NCBI RefSeq assembly: GCF_009914755.1 | Contig: NC_060948.1 | Direction: 5' to 3' (one strand) | From: the human T2T-CHM13v2.0 reference genome, Homo sapiens | Length of the DNA stretch: 64,000 nucleotides | In this document: piece after piece, positions 1 through 18,947 of the stretch | Position numbering within the stretch: the first letter of the stretch is position 1 | Layout of the letters: each line of letters starts with the position of its first letter | Notes under the pieces: generated by a model | The model's database searches: none | The model's input: the letters and a program-made list of their open reading frames with translations, nothing else | Told to the model about the DNA's origin: nothing | Position numbers and translations under genes: made by a program

Positions 1-160
1 AACTGCTGCCAGGAAGACAGGAGTGCTTTTACATAGACCGAAAGGTCATTGAAGGCTGAGAGTTTTGTTTCAAGAACTGAATCCCAAGCCCACACGTTAT
101 TAGGCTGCGCTTCTTAAAACAAGTTATGAGATGGGAAAAAGGGCACCCACAAACATACGT

Positions 161-2005
<1,845 letters not shown>

Positions 2006-2580
2006 AGATCCATATTTTTTAAATGAAAAAAAATTTCAAAGGTACTCTGCTTGGTACAATAATCAAATGTATAAACTGAGGAATAAAACATAACCATGAA
2101 ACCTACTTATAACTGCATATGGAAAATACAGAGGATAATTTTTTAAATAACATATTTTGAAAGCCTTAACTAGTAATTTGAAGAGTTGGCATTTGAAAGG
2201 CCAGTATGAATATACCTTCAAATCAGCAACACAGGTTCCCCATGAGAAAAAGCAAACACAGGGAAAATAAAAACACAAAGGTTCAATCTCTTTTGACCTT
2301 TGAAAGACACAGCACAGACAGTGGTCCTTAGGACGAAGAGCAGGAGACCCCTAATTCCGTCACCATGGCGATAGGGCATAAACATTGCTGGGTGAGGGCA
2401 CAATCCACATTGTGAGGTCCAACTGCTGCCAGGAAGACAGGAGTGCTTTTACATAGACCGAAAGGTCATTGAAGGCTCAGAGTTTTGTTTCAAGAACTGA
2501 ATCCCAAGCCCACACGTTATTAGGCTGCGCTTCTTAAAACAAGTTATGAGATGGGAAAAAGGGCACCCACAAACATACGT
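2006..2580. repeat. HSATI-type, more GC-rich segment of the DYZ2 unit (representative copy)
   Basis: About 575 bp of complex sequence between the Alu 5' end and the next AT-rich block, repeated in each unit. Name assigned from the known DYZ2 organisation; boundaries approximate. Confidence 0.8.
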
Positions 2581-4133
2581 ATACATTATGTATATAATAA
2601 TATACAGTATCATATATATAATATATATAACCTATGTATAATATTGTTTTACATCCTGCATCTTATGTTATATATATTGTATAAAATATAATAATTGATA
2701 ATATATAAGATTTATAATTATACAATATGACATATAGTATATATTATAATTTATGACATATATAATATATGTTATATATCATATGTAGAATATATTATAC
2801 GGTTAATATACGTATTAAATATAAATTATACATTATATATATTATATATAATATATCTGTTATATATAATACACATTATGCATAATATATATATTATGTC
2901 TATGTTATATATAGTACAAAACAACATATAATAATGTATAATTGTATATATAAAATGCGACATATAATATATATTATATTTTATAACATATGTAATATAT
3001 ACTATATATTATATATAATACGTTGTATGTATAATACCTATATTAAATATATATTATATGACTATGTTATTAATTACATGTCACATGTGTTATATATTAT
3101 ACATTTTACATAGAATATACCGGTTACATACAATATATACTATGTTACCTATAATGTGTAATTTATTACATGTAAAATAAAGAATGCAATATATTATGTA
3201 TAATTTATAATATACAATATGTGGAATGTGATATATATAACATATAATATATGATATATGATATACAGTATATGATATATAACATACAATATATGATTCC
3301 TAATATATATGGTATACAATATATATTTTATGATATGTATTCTATATGTTTTATATTCTGTTATATATAACTATTTGAAATTATATATAACTGTATAATA
3401 TTTTATGTAAATATGTAATATAATATATATAACTATATAATATATTATAGATAACTATATATTATGTTATATATACTTTTATAACATAATTTACATAAAA
3501 TATCATAATATAATATATATTATATTATTTCATATTACATAATATATATTACATATCACCCAATATAACTAACATACATAATATTATAATATAGATTATA
3601 TTGTGTTATATTAAATATCATATATATCATGTATCATATATTCTATAATATATATTACACATTATATAATATGTATGTTGTCTATTATGTGATATATATA
3701 ACTATATATATAATTATATTTTTATACATATAACTAGATAAACATGTAATTCTACATATTTTCATTTATAATATGTAGAATTATATAATCATATATAATT
3801 ATTTATATTCTATAAAAAATTTTATCATTATATAAATTATAATATATAAAAATTATAATATGTACTACAAATATATATATTATATATCATATATGATATA
3901 GTACCTTTGTTATATATCATAATACATATAAATGTGTATTATGTTATCTATAATTATATAATTTCATATATAAGATGTATAATATGTATCATATATTATA
4001 TATGTTATGTAATATATATAGTATATATAAGATGACACAGGATAAATATTATATACTATGACATATAAAATATATCAGGTTATATGTTACATATAAGGCA
4101 TAGCACATAACATGTAATATGTATCATATATAA

Positions 4134-4425
4134 TTTTTTTTTAGACAGAATCTTGTCCTGTTGCACAGGGTGGGGTACAATGGCGCCATCTTTGCTCACT
4201 GCAACTTCTGCCTCATGGGTCCAAGCGATTGTCCTCCCTCAGCCTCCCAGGTAGCTGGGACTACACCACACTGGGACTACACCAGCTGCCACCATGCCTA
4301 GCTAATTTTTTGTATTTTTAGTAGTGACAATGTTTCACTGTATTGGCCAGGATGGTCTTGATCTCTTTACCTTGTGATCCCCTTGCCTTGGCCTCCAAAT
4401 TTGCTGGGATTACAGGCCTGAGCCA
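4134..4425 (-). mobile_element. DYZ2 Alu, unit 2
   Basis: Copy of 1714-2005 at +2420. Confidence 0.95.
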
Positions 4426-6553
4426 AGATCCATATTTTTTAAATGAAAAAGAATTTCAAAGGTACTCTGCTTGGTACAATAATCAAATGTATAAACTGAG
4501 GAATAAAACATAACCATGAAACCTACTTATAACTGCATATGGAAAATACAGAGGATAATTTTTTAAATAACATATTTTGAAAGCCTTAACTAGTAATTTG
4601 AAGAGTTGGCATTTGAAAGGCCAGTATGAATATACCTTCAAAGCAGCAACACAGGTTCCCCATGAGAAAAAGCAAACACAGGGAAAATAAAAACACAAAG
4701 GTTCAATCTCTTCTGACCTTTGAAAGACACAGCACAGACAGTGGTCCTTAGGACGAAGAGCAGGAGACCCCTAATTCCGTCACCATGGCGATAGGGCATA
4801 AACATTGCTGGGTGAGGGCACAATCCACATTGTGAGGTCCAACTGCTGCCAGGAAGACAGGAGTGCTTTTACATAGACCGAAAGGTCATTGAAGGCTGAG
4901 AGTTTTGTTTCAAGAACTGAATCCCAAGCCCACACGTTATTAGGCTGCGCTTCTTAAAACAAGTTATGAGATGGGAAAAAGGGCACCCACAAACATACGT
5001 ATACATTATGTATATAATAATATACAGTATCATATATATAATATATATAACCTATGTATAATATTGTTTTACATCCTGCATCTTATGTTATATATATTGT
5101 ATAAAATATAATAATTGATAATATATAAGTTTTATAATTATACAATATGACATATAGTATATATTATAATTTATGACATATATAATATATGTTATATATC
5201 ATATGTAGAATATATTATACGGTTAATATACGTATTAAATATAAATTATACATTATATATATTATATATAATATATCTGTTATATATAATACCCATTATG
5301 CATAATATATATATTATGTCTATGTTATATATAGTATAAAACAACATATAATAATATATAATTGTATATATAAAATGCGACAGATAATATATATTATATT
5401 TTATAACATATGTAATATATATTATATATTATATATAATACGTTGTATGTATAATACCTATATTAAATATATATTATATGACTATGTTATTAATTACATG
5501 TCACATGTGTTATATATTATATATTTTACATAGAATATACCGGTTACATACAATATATACTATGTTACCTATAATGTGTAATTTATTACATGTAAAATAA
5601 AGAATGCAATATATTATGTATAATTTATAATATACAATATGTGGAATGTGATATATATAACATATAATATATGATATATGATATACAGTATATGATATAT
5701 AACATACAATATATGATTCCTAATATATATGGTATACAATATATATTTTATGATATGTATTCTATATGTTTTATATTCTGTTATATATAACTATTTGAAA
5801 TTATATATAACTGTATAATATTTTATGTAAATATGTAATATAATATATATAACTATATAATATATTATAGATAACTATATATTATGTTATATATAATTTT
5901 ATAACATAATTTACATAAAATATCATAATATAATATATATTATATTATTTCATATTACATAATATATATTACATATCACCCAATATAACTAACATACATA
6001 ATATTATAACATAGATTATATTGTGTTATATTAAATATCATATATATCATTTATCATATATTCTATAATATATATTACACATTATATAATATGTATGTTG
6101 TCTATTATGTGATATATATAACTATATATATAATTATATTTTTATACATATAACTAGATAAACATGTAATTCTACATATTTTCATTTATAATATGTAGAA
6201 TTATATAATCATATATAATTATTTATATTCTATAAAAAATTTTATCATTATATAAATTATAATATATAAAAATTATAATATGTACTACAAATATATATAT
6301 TATATATCATATATGATATAGTACCTTTGTTATATATCATAATACATATAAATGTGTATTATGTTATCTATAATTATATAATTTCATATAAAAGATGTAT
6401 AACATGTATCATATATTATATATGTTATGTAATATATATAGTATATATAAGATGACACAGGATAAATATTATATACTATGACATATAAAATATATCAGGT
6501 TATATGTTACATATAAGGCATAGCACATAACATGTAATATGTATCATATATAA

Positions 6554-6845
6554 TTTTTTTTTAGACAGAATCTTGTCCTGTTGCACAGGGTGGGGTACAA
6601 TGGCGCCATCATTGCTCACTGCAAATTCTGCCTCATGGGTCCAAGCGATTGTCCTCCCTCAGCCTCCCAGGTAGCTGGGACTACACCACACTGGGACTAC
6701 ACCAGCTGCCACCATGCCTAGCTAATTTTTTGTATTTTTAGTAGTGACAATGTTTCACTGTATTGGCCAGGATGGTCTTGATCTCTTTACCTTGTGATCC
6801 CCTTGCCTTGGCCTCCAAATTTGCTGGGATTACAGGCCTGAGCCA
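6554..6845 (-). mobile_element. DYZ2 Alu, unit 3
   Basis: Copy of 1714-2005; chimeric variant pattern. Confidence 0.95.
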
Positions 6846-8973
6846 AGATCCATATTTTTTAAATGAAAAAGAATTTCAAAGGTACTCTGCTTGGTACAAT
6901 AATCAAATGTATAAACTGAGGAATAAAACATAACCATGAAACCTACTTATAACTGCATATGGAAAATACAGAGGATAATTTTTTAAATAACATATTTTGA
7001 AAGCCTTAACTAGTAATTTGAAGAGTTGGCATTTGAAAGGCCAGTATGAATATACCTTCAAAGCAGCAACACAGGTTCCCCATGAGAAAAAGCAAACACA
7101 GGGAAAATAAAAACACAAAGGTTCAATCTCTTCTGACCTTTGAAAGACACAGCACAGACAGTGGTCCTTAGGACGAAGAGCAGGAGACCCCTAATTCCGT
7201 CACCATGGCGATAGGGCATAAACATTGCTGGGTGAGGGCACAATCCACATTGTGAGGTCCAACTGCTGCCAGGAAGACAGGAGTGCTTTTACATAGACCG
7301 AAAGGTCATTGAAGGCTGAGAGTTTTGTTTCAAGAACTGAATCCCAAGCCCACACGTTATTAGGCTGCGCTTCTTAAAACAAGTTATGAGATGGGAAAAA
7401 GGGCACCCACAAACATACGTATACATTATGTATATAATAATATACAGTATCATATATATAATATATATAACCTATGTATAATATTGTTTTACATCCTGCA
7501 TCTTATGTTATATATATTGTATAAAATATAATAATTGATAATATATAAGTTTTATAATTATACAATATGACATATAGTATATATTATAATTTATGACATA
7601 TATAATATATGTTATATATCATATGTAGAATATATTATACGGTTAATATACGTATTAAATATAAATTATACATTATATATATTATATATAATATATCTGT
7701 TATATATAATACCCATTATGCATAATATATATATTATGTCTATGTTATATATAGTATAAAACAACATATAATAATATATAATTGTATATATAAAATGCGA
7801 CAGATAATATATATTATATTTTATAACATATGTAATATATATTATATATTATATATAATACGTTGTATGTATAATACCTATATTAAATATATATTATATG
7901 ACTATGTTATTAATTACATGTCACATGTGTTATATATTATATATTTTACATAGAATATACCGGTTACATACAATATATACTATGTTACCTATAATGTGTA
8001 ATTTATTACATGTAAAATAAAGAATGCAATATATTATGTATAATTTATAATATACAATATGTGGAATGTGATATATATAACATATAATATATGATATATG
8101 ATATACAGTATATGATATATAACATACAATATATGATTCCTAATATATATGGTATACAATATATATTTTATGATATGTATTCTATATGTTTTATATTCTG
8201 TTATATATAACTATTTGAAATTATATATAACTGTATAATATTTTATGTAAATATGTAATATAATATATATAACTATATAATATATTATAGATAACTATAT
8301 ATTATGTTATATATAATTTTATAACATAATTTACATAAAATATCATAATATAATATATATTATATTATTTCATATTACATAATATATATTACATATCACC
8401 CAATATAACTAACATACATAATATTATAACATAGATTATATTGTGTTATATTAAATATCATATATATCATTTATCATATATTCTATAATATATATTACAC
8501 ATTATATAATATGTATGTTGTCTATTATGTGATATATATAACTATATATATAATTATATTTTTATACATATAACTAGATAAACATGTAATTCTACATATT
8601 TTCATTTATAATATGTAGAATTATATAATCATATATAATTATTTATATTCTATAAAAAATTTTATCATTATATAAATTATAATATATAAAAATTATAATA
8701 TGTACTACAAATATATATATTATATATCATATATGATATAGTACCTTTGTTATATATCATAATACATATAAATGTGTATTATGTTATCTATAATTATATA
8801 ATTTCATATAAAAGATGTATAACATGTATCATATATTATATATGTTATGTAATATATATAGTATATATAAGATGACACAGGATAAATATTATATACTATG
8901 ACATATAAAATATATCAGGTTATATGTTACATATAAGGCATAGCACATAACATGTAATATGTATCATATATAA

Positions 8974-9265
8974 TTTTTTTTTAGACAGAATCTTGTCCTG
9001 TTGCACAGGGTGGGGTACAATGGCGCCATCTTTGCTCACTGCAAATTCTGCCTCATGGGTCCAAGCGATTGTCCTCCCTCAGCCTCCCAGGTAGCTGGGA
9101 CTACACCACACTGGGACTACACCAGCCGCCACCATGCCTTGCTAATTTTTTGGATTTTTAGTAGTGACAGCGTTTCACTGTATTGGCCAGGATGGTCTTG
9201 ATCTCTTCACCTTGTGATCCCCTTGCCTTGGCCTCCAAATTTGCTGGGATTACAGGCCTGAGCCA
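8974..9265 (-). mobile_element. DYZ2 Alu, unit 4
   Basis: Copy of 1714-2005. Confidence 0.95.
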
Positions 9266-11370
9266 AGATCCATATTTTTTAAATGAAAAAAAATTTCAAA
9301 GGTACTCTGCTTGGTACAATAATCAAATGTATAAACTGAGGAATAAAACATAACCATGAAACCTACTTATAACTGCATATGGAAAATGCAGAGGATAATT
9401 TTTTAAATAACATATTTTGAAAGCCTTAACTATTAATTTGAAGAGTTGGCATTTGAAAGGCCAGTATGAATATACCTTCAAAGCAGCAACACAGGTTCCC
9501 CATGAGAAAAAGCAAACACAGGGAAAATAAAAACACAAAGGTTCAATCTCTTCTGACCTTTGAAAGACACAGCACAGACAGTGGTCCTTAGGACGAAGAG
9601 CAGGAGACCCCTAATTCCGTCACCATGGCGATAGGGCATAAACATTGCTGGGTGAGGGCACAATCCACATTGTGAGGTCCAACTGCTGCCAGGAAGACAG
9701 GAGTGCTTTTACATAGACCGAAAGGTCATTGAAGGCTCAGAGTTTTGTTTCAAGAACTGAATCCCAAGCCCACACGTTATTAGGCTGCGCTTCTTAAAAC
9801 AAGTTATGAGATGGGAAAAAGGGCACCCACAAACATACGTATACATTATGTATATAATAATATACAGTGTCATATATTTAATATATATAACCTATGTATA
9901 ATATTGTTTTACATCCTGCATCTTATGTTATATATATTGTATAAAATATAATAATTGATAATATATAAGTTTTATAATTATACAATATGACATATAGTAT
10001 ATATTATAATTTATGACATATATAATATATGTTATATGTCATATATAGAATATATTATACGGTTAATATACGTATTAAATATAAATTATACATTATATAT
10101 ATTATATATAATATATCTGTTATATATAATACCCATTATGCATAATATATATATTATGTCTATTTTATATATAGTATAAAACAACATATAATAATATATA
10201 ATTGTATATATAAAATGCGACATATAATATATATTATATTTTATAACATATGTAATATATATTATATATTATATATAATACGTTGTATGTATAATACCTA
10301 TATTAAATATATATTATATGACTATGTTATTAATTACATGTCACATGTGTTATATATTATATATTTTACATAGAATATACCGGTTACATACAATATATAC
10401 TATGTTACCTATAATGTATAATTTATTACATGTAAAATAAAGAATGCAATATATTATGTATAATTTATAATATACCATATGTGGAATGTGATATATATAA
10501 CATATAATATATGATATATGGTATACTGTATATGATATATAACATACAATATATGATTCCTAATATATATTGTATACAATATATATTTTATGATATGTAT
10601 TCTATATGTTTTATATTCTGTTATATATAACTATTTGAAATTATATATAACTGTATAATATTTTATGTAAATATGTAATATAATATATATAACTATATAA
10701 TATATTACATATAACTATATATTATGTTATATATACTTTTATAACATAATTTACATAAAATATCATAATGTAATATATATTATATTATTTCATATTACAT
10801 AATATATATTACATATCACCCAATATAACTAACATACATAATATTATAATATAGATTATATTGTGTTATATTAAATATCATATATATCATGTATCATATA
10901 TTCTATAATATATATTACACATTATATAATATGTATGTTGTCTATTATGTGATATATATAACTATATATATAATTATATTTTTATACATATAACTAGATA
11001 AACATGTAATTCTACATATTTTCATTTATAATATGTAGAATTATATAATCATATATAATTATTTATATTCTATAAAAAATTTTATCATTATATAAATTAT
11101 AATATATAAAAATTATAATATGTACTACAAATATATATATTATATATCATATATGATATAGTACCTTTGTTATATATCATAATACATATAAATGTGTATT
11201 ATGTTATCTATAATTATATAATTTCATATATAAGATGTATAATATGTATCATATATTATATATGTTATGTAATATATATAGTATATATAAGATGACACAG
11301 GATAAATATTATATACTATGACATATAAAATATATCAGGTTATATGTTACATATAAGGCATAGCACATAA

Positions 11371-11685
<315 letters not shown>

Positions 11686-13790
11686 AGATCCATATTTTTT
11701 AAATGAAAAAAAATTTCAAAGGTACTCTGCTTGGTACAATAATCAAATGTATAAACTGAGGAATAAAACATAACCATGAAACCTACTTATAACTGCATAT
11801 GGAAAATACAGAGGATAATTTTTTAAATAACATATTTTGAAAGCCTTAACTAGTAATTTGAAGAGCTGGCATTTGAAAGGCCAGTATGAATATACCTTCA
11901 AATCAGCAACACAGGTTCCCCATGAGAAAAAGCAAACACAGGGAAAATAAAAACACAAAGGTTCAATCTCTTCTGACCTTTGAAAGACACAGCACAGACA
12001 GTGGTCCTTAGGACGAAGAGCAGGAGACCCCTAATTCCGTCACCATGGCGATAGGGCATAAACATTGCTGGGTGAGGGCACAATCCACATTGTGAGGTCC
12101 AACTGCTGCCAGGAAGACAGGAGTGCTTTTACATAGACCGAAAGGTCATTGAAGGCTCAGAGTTTTGTTTCAAGAACTGAATCCCAAGCCCACACGTTAT
12201 TAGGCTGCGCTTCTTAAAACAAGTTATGAGATGGGAAAAAGGGCACCCACAAACATACGTATACATTATGTATATAATAATATACAGTATCATATATATA
12301 ATATATATAACCTATGTATAATATTGTTTTACATCCTGCATCTTATGTTATATATATTGTATAAAATATAATAATTGATAATATATAAGTTTTATAATTA
12401 TACAATATGACATATAGTATATATTATAATTTATGACATATATAATATATGTTATATATCATATGTAGAATATATTATACGGTTAATATACGTATTAAAT
12501 ATAAATTATACATTATATATATTATATATAATATATCTGTTATATATAATACCCATTATGCATAATATATATATTATGTCTATGTTATATATAGTATAAA
12601 ACAACATATAATAATATATAATTGTATATATAAAATGCGACATATAATATATATTATATTTTATAACATATGTAATATATATTATATATTATATATAATA
12701 CGTTGTATGTATAATACCTATATTAAATATATATTATATGACTATGTTATTAATTACATATCACATGTGTTATATATTATATATTTTACATAGAATATAC
12801 CGGTTACATACAATATATACTATGTTACCTATAATGTGTAATTTATTACATGTAAAATAAAGAATGCAATATATTATGTATAATTTATAATATACAATAT
12901 GTGGAATGTGATATATATAACATATAATATATGATATATGATATACAGTATATGATATATAACATACAAAATATGATTCCTAATATATATGGTATACAAT
13001 ATATATTTTATGATATGTATTCTATATGTTTTATATTCTGTTATATATAACTATTTGAAATTATATATAACTGTATAATATTTTATGTAAATATGTAATA
13101 TAATATATATAACTATATAATATATTACATATAACTATATATTATGTTATATATACTTTTATAACATAATTTACATAAAATATCATAATGTAATATATAT
13201 TATATTATTTCGTATTACATAATATATATTACATATCACCCAATATAACTAACATACATAATATTATAATATAGATTATATTGTGTTATATTAAATATCA
13301 TATATATCATGTATCATATATTCTATAATATATATTACACATTATATAATATGTATGTTGTCTATTATGTGATATATATAACTATATATATAATTATATT
13401 TTTATACATATAACTAGATAAACATGTAATTCTACATATTTTCATTTATAATATGTAGAATTATATAATCATATATAATTATTTATATTCTATAAAAAAT
13501 TTTATCATTACATAAATTATAATATATAAAAATTATAATATGTACTACAAATATATATATTATATATCATATATGATATAGTACCTTTGTTATATATCAT
13601 AATACATATAAATGTGTATTATGTTATCTATAATTATATAATTTCATATATAAGATGTATAATATGTATCATATATTATATATGTTATGTAATATATATA
13701 GTATATATAAGATGACACAGGATAAATATTATATACTATGACATATAAAATATATCAGGTTATATGTTACATATAAGGCATAGCACATAA

Positions 13791-14105
<315 letters not shown>

Positions 14106-16210
14106 AGATCCATATTTTTTAAATGAAAAAAAATTTCAAAGGTACTCTGCTTGGTACAATAATCAAATGTATAAACTGAGGAATAAAACATAACCATGAA
14201 ACCTACTTATAACTGCATATGGAAAATACAGAGGATAATTTTTTAAATAACATATTTTGAAAGCCTTAACTAGTAATTTGAAGAGCTGGCATTTGAAAGG
14301 CCAGTATGAATATACATTCAAATCAGCAACACAGGTTCCCCATGAGAAAAAGCAAACACAGGGAAAATAAAAACACAAAGGTTCAATCTCTTCTGACCTT
14401 TGAAAGACACAGCACAGACAGTGGTCCTTAGGACGAAGAGCAGGAGACCCCTAATTCCGTCACCATGGCGATAGGGCATAAACATTGCTGGGTGAGGGCA
14501 CAATCCACATTGTGAGGTCCAACTGCTGCCAGGAAGACAGGAGTGCTTTTACATAGACCGAAAGGTCATTGAAGGCTCAGAGTTTTGTTTCAAGAACTGA
14601 ATCCCAAGCCCACACGTTATTAGGCTGCGCTTCTTAAAACAAGTTATGAGATGGGAAAAAGGGCACCCACAAACATACGTATACATTATGTATATAATAA
14701 TATACAGTATCATATATATAATATATATAACCTATGTATAATATTGTTTTACATCCTGCATCTTATGTTATATATATTGTATAAAATATAATAATTGATA
14801 ATATATAAGTTTTATAATTATACAATATGACATATAGTATATATTATAATTTATGACATATATAATATATGTTATATATCATATGTAGAATATATTATAC
14901 GGTTAATATACGTATTAAATATAAATTATACATTATATATATTATATATAATATATCTGTTATATATAATACCCATTATGCATAATATATATATTATGTC
15001 TATGTTATATATAGTATAAAACAACATATAATAATATATAATTGTATATATAAAATGCGACATATAATATATATTATATTTTATAACATATGTAATATAT
15101 ATTATATATTATATATAATACGTTGTATGTATAATACCTATATTAAATATATATTATATGACTATGTTATTAATTACATATCACATGTGTTATATATTAT
15201 ATATTTTACATAGAATATACCGGTTACATACAATATATACTATGTTACCTATAATGTGTAATTTATTACATGTAAAATAAAGAATGCAATATATTATGTA
15301 TAATTTATAATATACAATATGTGGAATGTGATATATATAACATATAATATATGATATATGATATACAGTATATGATATATAACATACAAAATATGATTCC
15401 TAATATATATGGTATACAATATATATTTTATGATATGTATTCTATATGTTTTATATTCTGTTATATATAACTATTTGAAATTATATATAACTGTATAATA
15501 TTTTATGTAAATATGTAATATAATATATATAACTATATAATATATTACATATAACTATATATTATGTTATATATACTTTTATAACATAATTTACATAAAA
15601 TATCATAATGTAATATATATTATATTATTTCGTATTACATAATATATATTACATATCACCCAATATAACTAACATACATAATATTATAATATAGATTATA
15701 TTGTGTTATATTAAATATCATATATATCATGTATCATATATTCTATAATATATATTACACATTATATAATATGTATGTTGTCTATTATGTGATATATATA
15801 ACTATATATATAATTATATTTTTATACATATAACTAGATAAACATGTAATTCTACATATTTTCATTTATAATATGTAGAATTATATAATCATATATAATT
15901 ATTTATATTCTATAAAAAATTTTATCATTACATAAATTATAATATATAAAAATTATAATATGTACTACAAATATATATATTATATATCATATATGATATA
16001 GTACCTTTGTTATATATCATAATACATATAAATGTGTATTATGTTATCTATAATTATATAATTTCATATATAAGATGTATAATATGTATCATATATTATA
16101 TATGTTATGTAATATATATAGTATATATAAGATGACACAGGATAAATATTATATACTATGACATATAAAATATATCAGGTTATATGTTACATATAAGGCA
16201 TAGCACATAA

Positions 16211-16525
<315 letters not shown>

Positions 16526-18632
16526 AGATCCATATTTTTTAAATGAAAAAAAATTTCAAAGGTACTCTGCTTGGTACAATAATCAAATGTATAAACTGAG
16601 GAATAAAACATAACCATGAAACCTACTTATAACTGCATATGGAAAATACAGAGGATAATTTTTTAAATAACATATTTTGAAAGCCTTAACTAGTAATTTG
16701 AAGAGCTGGCATTTGAAAGGCCAGTATGAATATACATTCAAATCAGCAACACAGGTTCCCCATGAGAAAAAGCAAACACAGGGAAAATAAAAACACAAAG
16801 GTTCAATCTCTTCTGACCTTTGAAAGACACAGCACAGACAGTGGTCCTTAGGACGAAGAGCAGGAGACCCCTAATTCCGTCACCATGGCGATAGGGCATA
16901 AACATTGCTGGGTGAGGGCACAATCCACATTGTGAGGTCCAACTGCTGCCAGGAAGACAGGAGTGCTTTTACATAGACCGAAAGGTCATTGAAGGCTCAG
17001 AGTTTTGTTTCAAGAACTGAATCCCAAGCCCACACGTTATTAGGCTGCGCTTCTTAAAACAAGTTATGAGATGGGAAAAAGGGCACCCACAAACATACGT
17101 ATACATTATGTATATAATAATATACAGTGTCATATATTTAATATATATAACCTATGTATAATATTGTTTTACATCCTGCATCTTATGTTATATATATTGT
17201 ATAAAATATAATAATTGATAATATATAAGTTTTATAATTATACAATATGACATATAGTATATATTATAATTTATGACATATATAATATATGTTATATGTC
17301 ATATATAGAATATATTATACGGTTAATATACGTATTAAATATAAATTACACATTATATATATTATATATAATATATCTGTTATATATAATACCCATTATG
17401 CATAATATATATATTATGTCTATGTTATATATAGTATAAAACAACATATAATAATATATAATTGTATATATAAAATGCGACATATAATATATATTATATT
17501 TTATAACATATGTAATATATATTATATATTATATATAATACGTTGTATGTATAATACCTATATTAAATATATATTATATGACTATGTTATTAATTACATG
17601 TCACATGTGTTATATATTATATATTTTACATAGAATATACCGGTTACATACAATATATACTATGTTACCTATAATGTATAATTTATTACATGTAAAATAA
17701 AGAATGCAATATATTATGTATAATTTATAATATACCATATGTGGAATGTGATATATATAACATATAATATATGATATATGATATACAGTATATGATATAT
17801 AACATACAATATATGATTCCTAATATATATTGTATACAATATATATTTTATGATATGTATTCTATATGTTTTATATTCTGTTATATATAACTATTTGAAA
17901 TTATATATAACTGTATAATATTTTATGTAAATATGTAATATAATATATATAACTATATAATATATTACATATAACTATATATTATGTTATATATACTTTT
18001 ATAACATAATTTACATAAAATATCATAATGTAATATATATTATATTATTTCATATTACATAATATATATTACATATCACCCAATATAACTAACATACATA
18101 ATATTATAATATAGATTATATTGTGTTATATTAAATATCATATATATCATGTATCATATATTCTATAATATATATATTACACATTATATAATATGTATGT
18201 TGTCTATTATGTGATATATATAACTATATATATAATTATATTTTTATACATATAACTAGATAAACATGTAATTCTACATATTTTCATTTATAATATGTAG
18301 AATTATATAATCATATATAATTATTTATATTCTATAAAAAATTTTATCATTATATAAATTATAATATATAAAAATTATAATATGTACTACAAATATATAT
18401 ATTATATATCATATATGATATAGTACCTTTGTTATATATCATAATACATATAAATGTGTATTATGTTATCTATAATTATATAATTTCATATATAAGATGT
18501 ATAATATGTATCATATATTATATATGTTATGTAATATATATAGTATATATAAGATGACACAGGATAAATATTATATACTATGACATATAAAATATATCAG
18601 GTTATATGTTACATATAAGGCATAGCACATAA

Positions 18633-18947
<315 letters not shown>

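Noticed and set aside
36-47. GACC-GAAA-GGTC GNRA tetraloop hairpin in each unit
   Set aside because: Only a 4-bp stem, expected by chance; altered at 47271; no larger RNA fold evident.
2324-2338. GTCC-tta-GGAC-GAA, resembling hammerhead ribozyme stem II
   Set aside because: No upstream CTGANGA core, GAAG instead of GAAA, and no stems I/III identified.
2063-2403. Recurring 71-aa and 61-aa minus-strand ORFs in each DYZ2 unit
   Set aside because: Short, overlapping, no recognisable domain; conservation just mirrors the repeat, and the 71-aa ORF is broken in several units.
9001-9201. 66-aa ORF (also 23525-23725)
   Set aside because: Antisense Alu translation opened by one SNP that removes a stop codon.
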